Below are positions 40,451 through 50,915 of a stretch of DNA of 64,000 nucleotides, one piece after another (positions within the stretch are counted from its first letter, which is position 1; each line of letters starts with the position of its first letter). Position numbers and translations under genes: made by a program. Origin of the DNA: Bdellovibrionota bacterium. GTDB taxonomy: Bacteria > Bdellovibrionota_C > UBA2361 > JBIKUX01. The DNA is taken from assembly GCA_044347345.1 (NCBI GenBank), contig JBIKUX010000001.1, positions 1 through 64,000 of the forward strand, in the 5' to 3' direction. The notes beneath the pieces were generated by a model. That model ran no database searches, was not told where the DNA came from, and worked only from the letters and a program-made list of their open reading frames with translations.

Positions 40451-42715
40451 TTGAAGCGAGTACACTTTATGGATCAGGCCACACGCGAAATACTTTGGAA
40501 TGTTTCTCATCCAATTCATTCGATTTTAATGTACGCACTTCTTCTGCTAGCGATAGCTGTAGGGGCTATTGGAGTTTTTAGAAAGGGCGAAATAATCCTA
40601 GGTGGTAAATCGTCACCCCAGTCGCCAAAGAGCTTTCTAAAGCGGCTTAGATCATTTTACCGAGAAGCGGTATTTCAACGTAGTACCAATAGAGACTCTC
40701 AAGCCATTCTTTTTCATTCTCTCATTTACCTTGGTTTCTTAGTTTTACTTTTTACCACCACAATGGTGTTTATAGACCATGATTTGGGATGGAAAATTTA
40801 TCGAGGTAAGTTCTATTTAGCGATTACAATACTTAGCGATCTATTCGGATTGGGACTTGCCGCAGGAGTATTAGTAGCCGCACATCGAAGATATATTCAA
40901 AGACCAAGCAAACTACACAATGAATGGGGTGATGCTTTACTCCTGTTTACTCTCCTAGCATTAGTCTTTCAGGGGTATGCATTAGAGGGATTAAGAATTT
41001 TTGTTACAAGTGACCCTTGGAAGTGGTATTCACCAATAGGAGCTCTTACATCACAGTTATTTTGGCCTCTCAGCGACTCATCAGCTCTGACAATGCACCG
41101 CAGTATATGGTGGATGCATACGTTAACAGTATACGCAGTAGTCGCTTTGTCTCCTTACACCAAATACTTTCACTTAATAGCTAGCGCCGCAAATCTCTAT
41201 TTTAGACCAGAAAGAGGGCCAAAGGGTCAACTTCTCCCGATAGGGGATCTAGAGACCTTACTAGAAAAAGACGATGCTTTATCTCTCGGTTATGAATCTA
41301 TTAACAATTATTCCTGGAAGCATCTCTTAGATTTAGCGGCATGCACTAGTTGTGGCAGATGCCAAACAGTCTGCCCCGCCTATATTTCAGGAAAACCGTT
41401 ATCTCCAAAATGGTTAATATTAAATACTCGCAACCACTCGCTTGCTCTTGAGGCAGAAGGTTTAACACAGACAGAGTCACTGCTTCCAAAACAAATTACT
41501 AAACTTGATAATTGGCTTGGTCGTAACATCGGATTAAGTAGTATCGGGGTACAAAAGATTTCTCAACAAAATTCGGACCAGGCTTTTTATCAAGGAGGAA
41601 TGATAAAAGAAACTAGCGAACCGGTAAGATCCTCCTTGTTACAGTTGGGTGGAGATACCAATGCTCGAATAGCCGGAATGGTAATGGATCCTAATGTATT
41701 TTGGTCCTGCACAACTTGTATGGCATGTGTTGAAGCATGCCCGGTAGGTATAAACCAAGTCGATCATATCATCGAAAATAGACGCAATATGGTGATGATG
41801 CACGGCGATATTCCCTCGGAAGCTCAAGCCACCCTACGAGCACTTGAAACTAGGGGTAATCCTTTTGGTGCTCCTCAAGACCGTATTAAATGGGCTGATG
41901 GACTAAACGTACCAATAGTAACTCGAGGTGATAAAGTTGATGTTCTCTACTGGGTTGGTTGTATCTCTGCTTATGATAAACGTAAACAAAAAATCGCTCG
42001 AGCGATGGTCGAGATTCTAAATAGTTCGGGAATCTCTTACGGTATTTTAGGTGAAGCTGAGTGTTGCACAGGAGATCCAGCGCGAAGATTAGGTGAAGAA
42101 AACCTCTTTCAAACATTAGCAAAACAAAACACAGAAACATTAAGAGGGATTCGATGTCAGACGATCGTAGCAAATTGTCCTCACTGTTTTAATTCAATAA
42201 AGAATGAATACGGCGAATTTGGTGGAATATCCCAAGACAACGACAAACAAATACCCCGAGTAATACATCACACCCAACTCATTAAAGAACTAATTGATAC
42301 AGGTAAGATCAAAATATCTCTTGATAGTAATCAAGACGAGATAACATTCCATGATCCTTGCTATCTCGGACGTTACAATGATGAATATGAGGCACCACGA
42401 GAAACATTAGTTAAAATAGGCTCACAAATTAAAGAAATGTCCAGAAATAAAGAAAAAGGATTATGCTGCGGCGCTGGCGGTGGACACTTTTGGATGGATC
42501 TAAAGCTAGGTGAAAGAGTAAATTCCATTCGAGTAAATGAAGCGGCCAGTACTAATACAAATAAAATCGCTACCGGTTGCCCGTTTTGCCTACAAATGAT
42601 GGAAGACGGCGTTAAAGCAACTGATAGAGAAGAATCGCTCAAGGTATTTGACATTGCTGAACTTGTAGCCGCTCGTCTAGCTACGAGGGCGTCGCAATCC
42701 GAAAAAACCTGCTAA
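40451..42715 (+). CDS. Membrane-bound Fe-S oxidoreductase (NarI-like + 4Fe-4S + CCG domains; HdrF/FadF family)
   Basis: TM region with His residues, CTSCGRC...CP, CTTCMAC..ACP, CCTGD, HDPCYLGR, CCGAGGG, CPFC; likely start ATG at 40469. Confidence 0.92.
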   Translation: MKRVHFMDQATREILWNVSHPIHSILMYALLLLAIAVGAIGVFRKGEIILGGKSSPQSPKSFLKRLRSFYREAVFQRSTNRDSQAILFHSLIYLGFLVLLFTTTMVFIDHDLGWKIYRGKFYLAITILSDLFGLGLAAGVLVAAHRRYIQRPSKLHNEWGDALLLFTLLALVFQGYALEGLRIFVTSDPWKWYSPIGALTSQLFWPLSDSSALTMHRSIWWMHTLTVYAVVALSPYTKYFHLIASAANLYFRPERGPKGQLLPIGDLETLLEKDDALSLGYESINNYSWKHLLDLAACTSCGRCQTVCPAYISGKPLSPKWLILNTRNHSLALEAEGLTQTESLLPKQITKLDNWLGRNIGLSSIGVQKISQQNSDQAFYQGGMIKETSEPVRSSLLQLGGDTNARIAGMVMDPNVFWSCTTCMACVEACPVGINQVDHIIENRRNMVMMHGDIPSEAQATLRALETRGNPFGAPQDRIKWADGLNVPIVTRGDKVDVLYWVGCISAYDKRKQKIARAMVEILNSSGISYGILGEAECCTGDPARRLGEENLFQTLAKQNTETLRGIRCQTIVANCPHCFNSIKNEYGEFGGISQDNDKQIPRVIHHTQLIKELIDTGKIKISLDSNQDEITFHDPCYLGRYNDEYEAPRETLVKIGSQIKEMSRNKEKGLCCGAGGGHFWMDLKLGERVNSIRVNEAASTNTNKIATGCPFCLQMMEDGVKATDREESLKVFDIAELVAARLATRASQSEKTC

Positions 42716-43753
42716 CGCAATAATCGCACCGATAATTCCGTAGCCACCTTCAACTCCATTTAAGGTGAACTTACTATTTTCTAATCCCCACCCTCCATTA
42801 CTTACCAATGGATCAGTAATCTTAACCTCTTCTTTTTGCTCATTTGCGGGGTAATCCCATGATAACAAGGAATCGAGACCAACAGATGACTTCTCAGTAT
42901 TTGTAACTATTTCTGGAACAAGTGGAGCTCCTGTTAGCGAGAATGATTCAAAAATTGCTTTTCGCCAAACATCATGATGTTCGTATTGTCTCGTTTGATC
43001 GATATAAGTGAGAATATAATATTCGTCATCAGAAGGTACCAAAGCGACTAATGCTGTAAATAATTCAGCTTTTGCCAAAAATTTAAGATGAATTACGGGA
43101 GACTTTCCAACTGCACCAGGAAAATTTCTCCAAAAAGAGCGCACAAGCCCCACCTGATCAAGACCAAGAGAGCGATATTCTCCTAAAACTCGTTCTGCTA
43201 CCTGACTTAATGATTGAGAGTTAAAACTTCCGGCCTGACGAGTGACATTAAATGATGGATACCGAAACTTTTTTCCACTATCACGTCCATTAAACCTACT
43301 TTTTTTAAAACCACTGGAAAGAGCAACTATAACCTCAGAATAGTCTAATTGAGGATTACTATTTAACTCACTCGGGTAATAAAAACTTATCCCAGTAGAC
43401 TTATCTGAAAATATTTGAAACTCAGCTACTACCTCAACTGGGCTAGCTAAACCAAATAAAACCAACACAACTGCAATGTAATTAGTGAGAAAAAAAAGCT
43501 GATATTTAAGACTCACGCTACGAAATCTCCAAAAAAATACAATCAGAACACTAAAAACAACAAAAAACCCCTGTAAAATGACCCTTCTCAACATTTTTCG
43601 TGTTGATTCCTTTAAACACTTCCTCCTATAGTGAACAAAGCTAACGCTAAACAACAGTGAAAACTGTAGTATTAAGCTAAGTGAGCTAAAAAGTACTAGC
43701 CTGACTGCGAAGATAATCGAGTAAGCTGCGCACAACTCGACGAGGGATAACAA
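42677..43753 (-). CDS. Hypothetical exported protein with C-terminal TM and basic tail
   Basis: Soluble domain (GISFYYP..., YPSFNV; PsbP/DcrB-like fold possible), ending GGYGIIGAIIALAGFFGLRRPRS; true start is likely well downstream of 43753. Confidence 0.55.
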   Translation of the reverse strand: MLSLVELCAAYSIIFAVRLVLFSSLSLILQFSLLFSVSFVHYRRKCLKESTRKMLRRVILQGFFVVFSVLIVFFWRFRSVSLKYQLFFLTNYIAVVLVLFGLASPVEVVAEFQIFSDKSTGISFYYPSELNSNPQLDYSEVIVALSSGFKKSRFNGRDSGKKFRYPSFNVTRQAGSFNSQSLSQVAERVLGEYRSLGLDQVGLVRSFWRNFPGAVGKSPVIHLKFLAKAELFTALVALVPSDDEYYILTYIDQTRQYEHHDVWRKAIFESFSLTGAPLVPEIVTNTEKSSVGLDSLLSWDYPANEQKEEVKITDPLVSNGGWGLENSKFTLNGVEGGYGIIGAIIALAGFFGLRRPRS

Positions 43754-43833
43754 GCCACATCGAGTCGAAGTGAATGGTAATCTGGATGACTAGCTCAGGC
43801 ATAAAAGGTAAATGTTGCAAAAGGAATTTTTGT

Positions 43834-44343
43834 ATGGCAGCAAAAGCAGGGAAAAAACCGGCTAAAAAAATCGATAAAAAGAAATCAACTCCGGCAAAGG
43901 CAGCTCCTAAAAAGAGTAAAGTAGCGAAAGCCGCAAAGCCAGCGCCAAAGAAAAAACCATCAACAACAACTGCGACGACAAAAACGTCAGCACGTGTTGT
44001 GAGTGCAGATGCTAGCGAAACAAAAAAAAGTCGCCAAATAAATAAGCCACGAAGTTCGAGTGGAACATACACTCAGTCGGAATTTATTGAGCATCTTTGC
44101 GCTTTTTGCGGGCTCTCAAAAAAGAGCGAAGCAAGAGAACTTGTTCACGATATTTCGGCTCTTGTAACTGAGAGTCTAAAGAAAGGTTATAAACTTCCTC
44201 TGTTTGGTTTAGGTAAACTATTTGTTAGAAAATCCGATGCCAGAAAAGGAAGAAATCCAGCTACTGGAGAAGAAATAACAATTCCAGCTAGAAAAAGAGT
44301 TCGTTTCACACCAGCGAAAGCACTAAAAGATTCGGTATTATAA
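43834..44343 (+). CDS. hup: HU-family DNA-binding protein with Lys/Ala/Pro-rich N-terminal extension
   Basis: LFGLGKL.VRK..ARKGRNPATGEEITIPARKRVRFTPAKALKD; PAKK-type repeats; AAGGA upstream of the ATG at 43834. Confidence 0.93.
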   Translation: MAAKAGKKPAKKIDKKKSTPAKAAPKKSKVAKAAKPAPKKKPSTTTATTKTSARVVSADASETKKSRQINKPRSSSGTYTQSEFIEHLCAFCGLSKKSEARELVHDISALVTESLKKGYKLPLFGLGKLFVRKSDARKGRNPATGEEITIPARKRVRFTPAKALKDSVL

Positions 44344-44390
44344 CTTTGAATATTTTAGTTCTGAATTAGAATCTTAGTACAATTTTTTAT

Positions 44391-44449
44391 GTTGGCCGTA
44401 AAAAGCTTTTGCAGGCTCTGTCTAAAAAGCAAGGTTTTTCACGGCCAAC
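44391..44449. terminator. Long hairpin between convergent hup and nuoN (probable bidirectional terminator)
   Basis: GTTGGCCGT-AAAAA...TTTTTC-ACGGCCAAC inverted repeat. Confidence 0.6.
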
Positions 44450-44476
44450 TACAGTAAGCAAAATTAAAAAAGCTGA

Positions 44477-46204
44477 TCAGAAATTAGCCATTATCAAAAC
44501 GAGCTGTTGATATAAAGGTGAAGGATATAATCCAAGACCAATAACTAGTACGCTACATAAAAATATAATAGTCACAAGGCTAGCATATTTTAGGCTCGAA
44601 CCAGCTCCACTAGTACCATATGTATCTCCACCGATACTATTACCGATATAAACATTAGTTGCATTATTACTATAAAGGAGTGTTTCGTCACTGCGAGGGA
44701 TATCACTGCGAGGGATATCACTGCGAGGGATATCACTGCGAGGGATATCACTGCGAGGGATGTAAAAATACATCTCAACTATAAAGCGTAAATAATAATA
44801 GCAAGAGATGGCGGAACCAATCAAAGCTATTATTACTAAGCCAAGGTACGAACCGTGAACAGAAGCACTAAGTAAATAAATTTTCCCAGTCATTCCTGCC
44901 ATACCTGGTGGTAGCCCAGCAAGAGCAAAAAGAAATACTGAAAATGACGCCGCAATAAATGGTGTCCGGTATCCTAAACCTCTAAAAGCAGAGATATCAA
45001 AACGGCTTATTCCCTTTACTCTATTACCTTCATCTTCCCTAATCTGGACTTCGACCGAGGGTACTGCAAACTTCTGATCATGACCAAGAAATAAAAGAAC
45101 CGCAAAGGCCCCTAGAGTCATAGCAGAATAGCTAACCAAATAAAAAAGCATTGCCGCGCCACCTTGTAGCTCATCAAGTGGAAGCAATAATCCCATCAAC
45201 AAGTACCCGGCATGAGATATACTTGAATAAGCCAACATACGCTTAGCATCGCGCTGTCTCATGGCAACAATATTACCAAATATGATTGTCGCCGCTGATA
45301 CAGTCCATAAAGGACCTATCCAGAGGTCTGGTACTTGTCCTAATGTTATCCAAAAAAGGCGCAAAGCAGCCACAATCGATGCGCTCTTGATAACCGTGGC
45401 CATGAAGGCAGTTACTATAGTGGGGGCTCCGTCATAAACATCGGCTACCCAAAAATGTAGTGGTACGCCACCAATTTTAAAAATAATACCGAGGAACAAG
45501 CATCCTACAGCAAATGCCACAATGGGAGCTTCAGTTCCACCCAAATTAGTGCTTATATCGCCTACAATCGTGGAACCCGTTAAGCCATATAAAAGAACAA
45601 TACCAAATAAGAAAAAAGCTGAACTATAAGAGCCTAGCAAAAAGTATTTAAGAGCTGACTCAGATGATAGCCTCTCTGATAAAGTTAGTTTACGGGAAAG
45701 AGAAGAACCACATAAAGCGTATAGAGCTAGCGACATAATCTCTAACCCTAAAAATAATGTCATTAACTCTGTTGCAGATGAAAAAAGCACTGCTCCAAAC
45801 AAAGATAAAAGGAATAAAACGCATACCTCACTGTGTGAAACTACGCCGTCTTTATTTTGGCCATCTGTCCTCAGTAGAAAGGAGCATAAAAAACTAACTC
45901 CGATTAATAGAGAAGAAGAGAAGCCACTTAAAGTATCAACAGCTAAAAAACCACCAAAAATGGTCTTGCCAGATTGAGCAAACATCCCAGAGTAAGCAAC
46001 AGATATGTAGACTGAGATACTAAACGCAACAAATAGAGTTATCTTGGTTGTTAAAACACTTAAAGACTTAAGTTTAACAAACCCCTCACAAATTAATAAC
46101 ACTAAAGCTCCAACAGCAAGACAGATCAAGGGACTCGCCAACAACATCTGTGAAGCGAGTGATGTAGCTGTAGATACCGAACTATTCATGTTATTTACTC
46201 TCAC
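44477..46204 (-). CDS. nuoN: NADH-quinone oxidoreductase subunit N
   Basis: LGLEIMSL, ESALKYF, FKIGGVPLHFWVADVYDGAP, KRMLAYSSISHAG, YYYLR. Confidence 0.96.
   Translation of the reverse strand: MRVNNMNSSVSTATSLASQMLLASPLICLAVGALVLLICEGFVKLKSLSVLTTKITLFVAFSISVYISVAYSGMFAQSGKTIFGGFLAVDTLSGFSSSLLIGVSFLCSFLLRTDGQNKDGVVSHSEVCVLFLLSLFGAVLFSSATELMTLFLGLEIMSLALYALCGSSLSRKLTLSERLSSESALKYFLLGSYSSAFFLFGIVLLYGLTGSTIVGDISTNLGGTEAPIVAFAVGCLFLGIIFKIGGVPLHFWVADVYDGAPTIVTAFMATVIKSASIVAALRLFWITLGQVPDLWIGPLWTVSAATIIFGNIVAMRQRDAKRMLAYSSISHAGYLLMGLLLPLDELQGGAAMLFYLVSYSAMTLGAFAVLLFLGHDQKFAVPSVEVQIREDEGNRVKGISRFDISAFRGLGYRTPFIAASFSVFLFALAGLPPGMAGMTGKIYLLSASVHGSYLGLVIIALIGSAISCYYYLRFIVEMYFYIPRSDIPRSDIPRSDIPRSDIPRSDETLLYSNNATNVYIGNSIGGDTYGTSGAGSSLKYASLVTIIFLCSVLVIGLGLYPSPLYQQLVLIMANF
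44688..44761. repeat. 15-bp in-frame tandem repeat x5 (TCACTGCGAGGGATA) encoding (IPRSD)5 in NuoN
   Basis: Read directly; matches YIPRSDIPRSDIPRSDIPRSDIPRSD in the translation. Confidence 0.95.
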
Positions 46205-47834
46205 TTCCTGAGACTAAAGACGATATAAAACTAACCGGCCGTGCCACAAAATCGATATCATCTCCATGTCCTCGCTGGTTTCTATCGAGATATCTATCAT
46301 ACCTATCTAATACCCTTCCACGACGCTCTGTTGCTTTAATTAATACATTTACTGAAGGACGAACGACATCAATTAAATATTGAGGAAAACATCCAATAAA
46401 AATTACCAAAAAAATTACCGGCACTATCCCAGTAATCTCTACGACACTTATATCAAAGGAACTTCCGCTCCTAGTATTGACTGCTTCTATATGCTGAACT
46501 CGCCTCGGGCCAAACATTACGGCCTTATAAAGATGTAGCATGTATACAGCACTGAGAATAACTCCCATTAAAGCTAATCCAACTAGAACTGGATACTGAT
46601 TAAAAGCGCCCCCTAAAATCAAAAACTCTCCCACAAAACTACTCGTAAATGGAAGAGAAACAGCAGCCAATGTGACTAGCATCAACATAACTGCCGCAAG
46701 AGGCATCTGCCCTGATAAACCTCCAAAAGATACCAGATCGCGTGATCCAACTCTCTCAATCAACATGCCTGCAATAAGAAATAATGCGGCAGTTGTAAGT
46801 CCATGGCTTACCATCTGAACCATTAACCCAGTAGTAGATACCCCATTTAAAACTACGGCTCCTAGTACACAGAAACCAAGATGAGAAATCGAAGAAAATG
46901 AGATAAGTCGAACGAAATCAGTTTGTATCCAAGCAATCAAGGCTCCGTAAATTATCCCCATCACAGCAAGCACAGCAAGCACATCCGCCCAAGCGGCTCC
47001 ACCAAGCGGAAAAAGTGGAAGGGCGAATCTTACCAAACCGTACAGACCCATTTTTGAAAGCACACCAGCGAGAAAAGCTGCAACAGGAGGAGATGCTGCT
47101 GAGTAAGTTGTTGGTAGCCAAGTATGAAAAGGAAACAGCGGAATCTTTACTGCCATTGCAAGAGCAAACGCACCGTAAAGCCACCACTGCTCAACGCTTG
47201 TAAGACGAACGTTTAATAGATCTCTAAATAAAAAAGAAACCTCTCCACTCTGGTCGGCGTAAGTCCATACTGTGTAAAGGATAGCGACCAACATAAAGAT
47301 ACTACCGCCTACAGTGTAGACTAAGAACTTTTGAGTGGCTCGGAGCTTGTCTCCTTCACCCCATATACCTATTAAGAAATAAGCGGGAATAAGCATAAGC
47401 TCCCACGCTAAATAAAAAAGAAAGAGATCAAGTGCCAATATCGCAGCTACTACTGAGCCCTCTAAACAAAGAAAAGCTGCGAAGTAATCACGTTGATAGC
47501 GAATTGATGGAGAACTGACCAGTAATATAATTGGCGTAAGAAATACGGTAAGTAAAAGTAAACTTAAACTTATCCCGTCTATCCCAAGGGCGTACCACAC
47601 CCCTATCTCTTCAATCCACCTAAACTGCTCTGTTAATTGCAACCCACCATCACCAACCGTAAATCGCGCAGCGACCCCTAGACTTAACCCTAACTCAATA
47701 AAAGTAACAACTAGAGTTAACCAGAAGCTAACTCGTGAGCCTTGCCCCTTGGGAAAAAGATACAACAAAAGTGCTCCTATGAAAGGAGTCCATACAAGAG
47801 CACTTAGGAATGGGAGTGAATTGGAAGCGTTCAA
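46191..47834 (-). CDS. nuoM: NADH-quinone oxidoreductase subunit M
   Basis: LGIDGISL, FYLAWELMLIP, KIPLFPFHTWLP, KMGLYG, SSISHLG, FVGEFLIL. Confidence 0.96.
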   Translation of the reverse strand: MNASNSLPFLSALVWTPFIGALLLYLFPKGQGSRVSFWLTLVVTFIELGLSLGVAARFTVGDGGLQLTEQFRWIEEIGVWYALGIDGISLSLLLLTVFLTPIILLVSSPSIRYQRDYFAAFLCLEGSVVAAILALDLFLFYLAWELMLIPAYFLIGIWGEGDKLRATQKFLVYTVGGSIFMLVAILYTVWTYADQSGEVSFLFRDLLNVRLTSVEQWWLYGAFALAMAVKIPLFPFHTWLPTTYSAASPPVAAFLAGVLSKMGLYGLVRFALPLFPLGGAAWADVLAVLAVMGIIYGALIAWIQTDFVRLISFSSISHLGFCVLGAVVLNGVSTTGLMVQMVSHGLTTAALFLIAGMLIERVGSRDLVSFGGLSGQMPLAAVMLMLVTLAAVSLPFTSSFVGEFLILGGAFNQYPVLVGLALMGVILSAVYMLHLYKAVMFGPRRVQHIEAVNTRSGSSFDISVVEITGIVPVIFLVIFIGCFPQYLIDVVRPSVNVLIKATERRGRVLDRYDRYLDRNQRGHGDDIDFVARPVSFISSLVSGSESK

Positions 47835-47852
47835 ACCAGGCCTTTTCCGTTT

Positions 47853-49871
47853 TTATATTAGAAAATAGAATACAAGTAAGCCAACAGAACAAAAAAACGT
47901 TAGAAGAACATAATGGCGAACCTGCCCCGACTGAGAGAGTCTGGATACCTCACCAGCCATCTCAACAGAAGAACCGATTCCCTCAACTACGCCATCAATA
48001 AAAACTACTTCTACTACTTTAGAGCATACAAAAGCGATACCCCGTAGAGGTAATACTATTAATACATAATAAAACTCGTCTATAAACAATTTGCCGCGCA
48101 GAATAAATAAAAGTGGCTTAAAAAATTTTAATAAAACATTTAAAACTTGTGGGTACCATAAATAACAAACGGCAGAAAAAGTAATTCCAATTACTCCGCT
48201 CAGCGAACCTATAAAACATTCAAAAAGATAATTTATCCAACCACCCTGAGCTGAAACATGAACGGATACCGGTATACTCGATGATATAAATGTCGGAAGA
48301 TATACAGCTCCGATTATACCTCCTACAACAGATAAGAGGCCGAGCACTACTAAAGGAAAAGTCATAATAAGCGGCGACTCATGAGGTTCCTGAACATTGC
48401 TTGAGCTGGTAGGAGACTTAGTTACTGTAGGGTCACTATTCTCTCTTCCACGATATGAGCCACAAAATGTTAAAAATACCATTCTGCCCGTGTAAAATGC
48501 AGTAAGCATTCCGATAATTTTAGTTAACCAGATAAAAACCGAACCACTTTGCAAAATGAGAGGATTACTACTTGAAGTGAAAGATTGCACTATCGCATGC
48601 TTTGAAAAATAACCTGCAAACGGAAAAATACCTGACAGTGCCAGAGACCCCAAAACAAAAGTTACAAAAGTTATCGGCATAGACTTTCTTAGTCCACCCA
48701 TTCGACGCATATCCTGCTCGCCATTGCATCCATGGATTACAGAACCGGCACCTAGAAACAATCCTGCCTTAAAAAAGGCATGCGTGACTAAATGAAAAAG
48801 CGCAAATACATAAGCACCAGCACCAATCGCAAAAAACATGATGCCAAGCTGACTGACAGTAGAATATGCAAGAACGCGCTTAATATCAGTTTGAACTAGA
48901 GCTATAAGGCTTGCACCAAGAGCAGTCACTCCTGCAACTATACTTAAAAAAAGCCCAACGCTCGGCACTAAATCAACTAAAAAGTAGAGACGAATAAATA
49001 AATATATCCCAGCAGTAACCATTGTAGCGGCATGAATTAGAGCCGACACGGGAGTAGGTCCAACCATAGCGTCAGGCAACCAAACATACAGAGGAAATTG
49101 CGCACTTTTTGCCGCAGCAGCGACCAAAAAGCATATCACCACCTGCCAATACACCGGACTTACAAAAGGCGAATTAGCGACGGCCTCTCTTAGCTGAAAA
49201 AAATCGAGAGTCCTAAATTGCTTGAGCAGTAAAAACATCCCAAGTAAAAAACCAACATCACCTATTCGGTTAACTATAAAAGCTTTTCTAGCAGCAATCG
49301 CATTGTTAAGTTCTTTTGACCAGAAACCTATTAGAAGGTAAGAACAAAAACCTACTCCCTCCCAACCCATAAATAGAACAGCAAGATTACCTCCCAAAAC
49401 AAGTAAAATCATCGCGGCTAGGAATAGATTTAAGAAAGCGAAATAACGGTGACGTGCCTCATCGCCTGCCATGTATCCCACGGAAAACAGATGAATCAAA
49501 CTTCCGACCCCCGTGACAACAAGTAGCATAACGGCAGACAATGTATCAGCTCGAAGAGTGGCATTTATTAAAAATTCTGGTAAATCAATCCAAGCAAAGG
49601 GTAGCCACTCTAAAATTACAACAGACTTTTCAACTGTTTCTGAGAAAGACCCACATACTTTGTAACAAATCACTAGCGAGACAAAAAAAGTACTACAAGA
49701 TGCTAAGGAAGCAACTATTCCTGAAATATCTTTCTTAATCAGAGAAAAAGGCGCACCACACAAACATGATAAAAAAGCGCCAAATACAGGCAACCCTAAA
49801 AGCAACGCAAAAAGCATCTGTCCGTCGAGTACCGAACCTGCAATCATCGAGGGATTAAATTCCACACCCAT
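47853..49871 (-). CDS. nuoL: NADH-quinone oxidoreductase subunit L
   Basis: GWEGVG, NRIGD, KSAQFPL.VWLPDAM.GPTPVSALIHAATMVTAG, HAFFKA, QSG.VRHY. Confidence 0.97.
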   Translation of the reverse strand: MGVEFNPSMIAGSVLDGQMLFALLLGLPVFGAFLSCLCGAPFSLIKKDISGIVASLASCSTFFVSLVICYKVCGSFSETVEKSVVILEWLPFAWIDLPEFLINATLRADTLSAVMLLVVTGVGSLIHLFSVGYMAGDEARHRYFAFLNLFLAAMILLVLGGNLAVLFMGWEGVGFCSYLLIGFWSKELNNAIAARKAFIVNRIGDVGFLLGMFLLLKQFRTLDFFQLREAVANSPFVSPVYWQVVICFLVAAAAKSAQFPLYVWLPDAMVGPTPVSALIHAATMVTAGIYLFIRLYFLVDLVPSVGLFLSIVAGVTALGASLIALVQTDIKRVLAYSTVSQLGIMFFAIGAGAYVFALFHLVTHAFFKAGLFLGAGSVIHGCNGEQDMRRMGGLRKSMPITFVTFVLGSLALSGIFPFAGYFSKHAIVQSFTSSSNPLILQSGSVFIWLTKIIGMLTAFYTGRMVFLTFCGSYRGRENSDPTVTKSPTSSSNVQEPHESPLIMTFPLVVLGLLSVVGGIIGAVYLPTFISSSIPVSVHVSAQGGWINYLFECFIGSLSGVIGITFSAVCYLWYPQVLNVLLKFFKPLLFILRGKLFIDEFYYVLIVLPLRGIAFVCSKVVEVVFIDGVVEGIGSSVEMAGEVSRLSQSGQVRHYVLLTFFCSVGLLVFYFLI

Positions 49872-49931
49872 GCCAGAGATACCTCTTTGATTAAACTTAT
49901 TTTACCAAACTTACTTTAACCACCAACGCTT

Positions 49932-50237
49932 TTACCACTTAAGCTCACTGGCTTCTTGCGTTTCAATGGAACTACTAACCCTAAATAGAGATAACATGAT
50001 TGCTAACCCAACAGCAGCTTCTGCTGCTGCGAGCACCATAACAAAAAATACAGCTACTTGACCATCGAGATTACCAGTGTGTCGAGAAAGAGCGACAAAC
50101 GCCACGTTCACTCCATTTAACATCAATTCAATACACATAAATACAACTATTGAATTGCGCCTTATACCAGCACCAACTGCTCCTATAAAAAAGAGTACTA
50201 CTGCAAAAACAAGATAAAAACTTGTCGGTACCGCCAT
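49932..50237 (-). CDS. nuoK: NADH-quinone oxidoreductase subunit K
   Basis: [21 protein letters not shown]. Confidence 0.97.
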   Translation of the reverse strand: MAVPTSFYLVFAVVLFFIGAVGAGIRRNSIVVFMCIELMLNGVNVAFVALSRHTGNLDGQVAVFFVMVLAAAEAAVGLAIMLSLFRVSSSIETQEASELKW

Positions 50238-50298
50238 TTAAAATACCACCATCTTACTTTTTGTTAACTGTTTTCTCCGCAAAGAGGCTCCCTATAAT

Positions 50299-50832
50299 TT
50301 AAGCTTCTGGTTGATCTACTCTCCTAGAAACTAATACTGCTCCAACAATTGCAACAATTAAAAGAATTGAGGCAACTTCGAAAGTAAAAAGATATTTAGT
50401 AAAGAGTAAACGTCCGATATTTTTTACCGTACCCTCTGACCCAGCTAGTTCAAACCCAATCCTACCAAGATCACCAGCGGGTAATTTGTAAAAAGAATCA
50501 TGCAAAATTGGAATTACAAGATATAAAAAACCAGCTCCAACAAAAATAGCACCTAAAGTTCCGAGCAACTGACCAACAGAGCGACGTTCATACTTTACGT
50601 TAAGTAACATAAGTACAAAAAGTACAAGCACCATAATCGCGCCTGCATAAACTGTGATCTGGGCTATAGCAAGGAAGTGTGCTCCAAGATTTGCAAATAT
50701 AGTAGCTACACCTAGGAGAGTTACTAAAAGTGACAGAGCACTATAAATGGGATTAACTAGAGCTACTACCCCTATTGCTCCGCAAATTGCTAAGAGGCTT
50801 GCAATTGTGAAGCTGATTAGTTCTCCATTCAT
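50299..50832 (-). CDS. nuoJ: NADH-quinone oxidoreductase subunit J
   Basis: NPIYSAL, QITVYAGAIMVLVLFVLMLL, FE.ASILL. Confidence 0.96.
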   Translation of the reverse strand: MNGELISFTIASLLAICGAIGVVALVNPIYSALSLLVTLLGVATIFANLGAHFLAIAQITVYAGAIMVLVLFVLMLLNVKYERRSVGQLLGTLGAIFVGAGFLYLVIPILHDSFYKLPAGDLGRIGFELAGSEGTVKNIGRLLFTKYLFTFEVASILLIVAIVGAVLVSRRVDQPEA

Positions 50833-50915
50833 TCTTAATCTTTCACCTTTCTATTATTCTCTCTATTTTTTAAAAAAAACCCTTTTAAAATCTGCTTAAC
50901 TTTTATTGCACCCGC

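Noticed and set aside
43686-44072. 128-aa hydrophobic minus-strand ORF
   Set aside because: It is antisense to the Lys/Ala-rich HU tail; the Phe/Ala richness simply mirrors AAA/GCN codons.
44590-44778. ORF with (SLAVI)n repeats
   Set aside because: Alternative frame of the 15-bp repeat inside nuoN.
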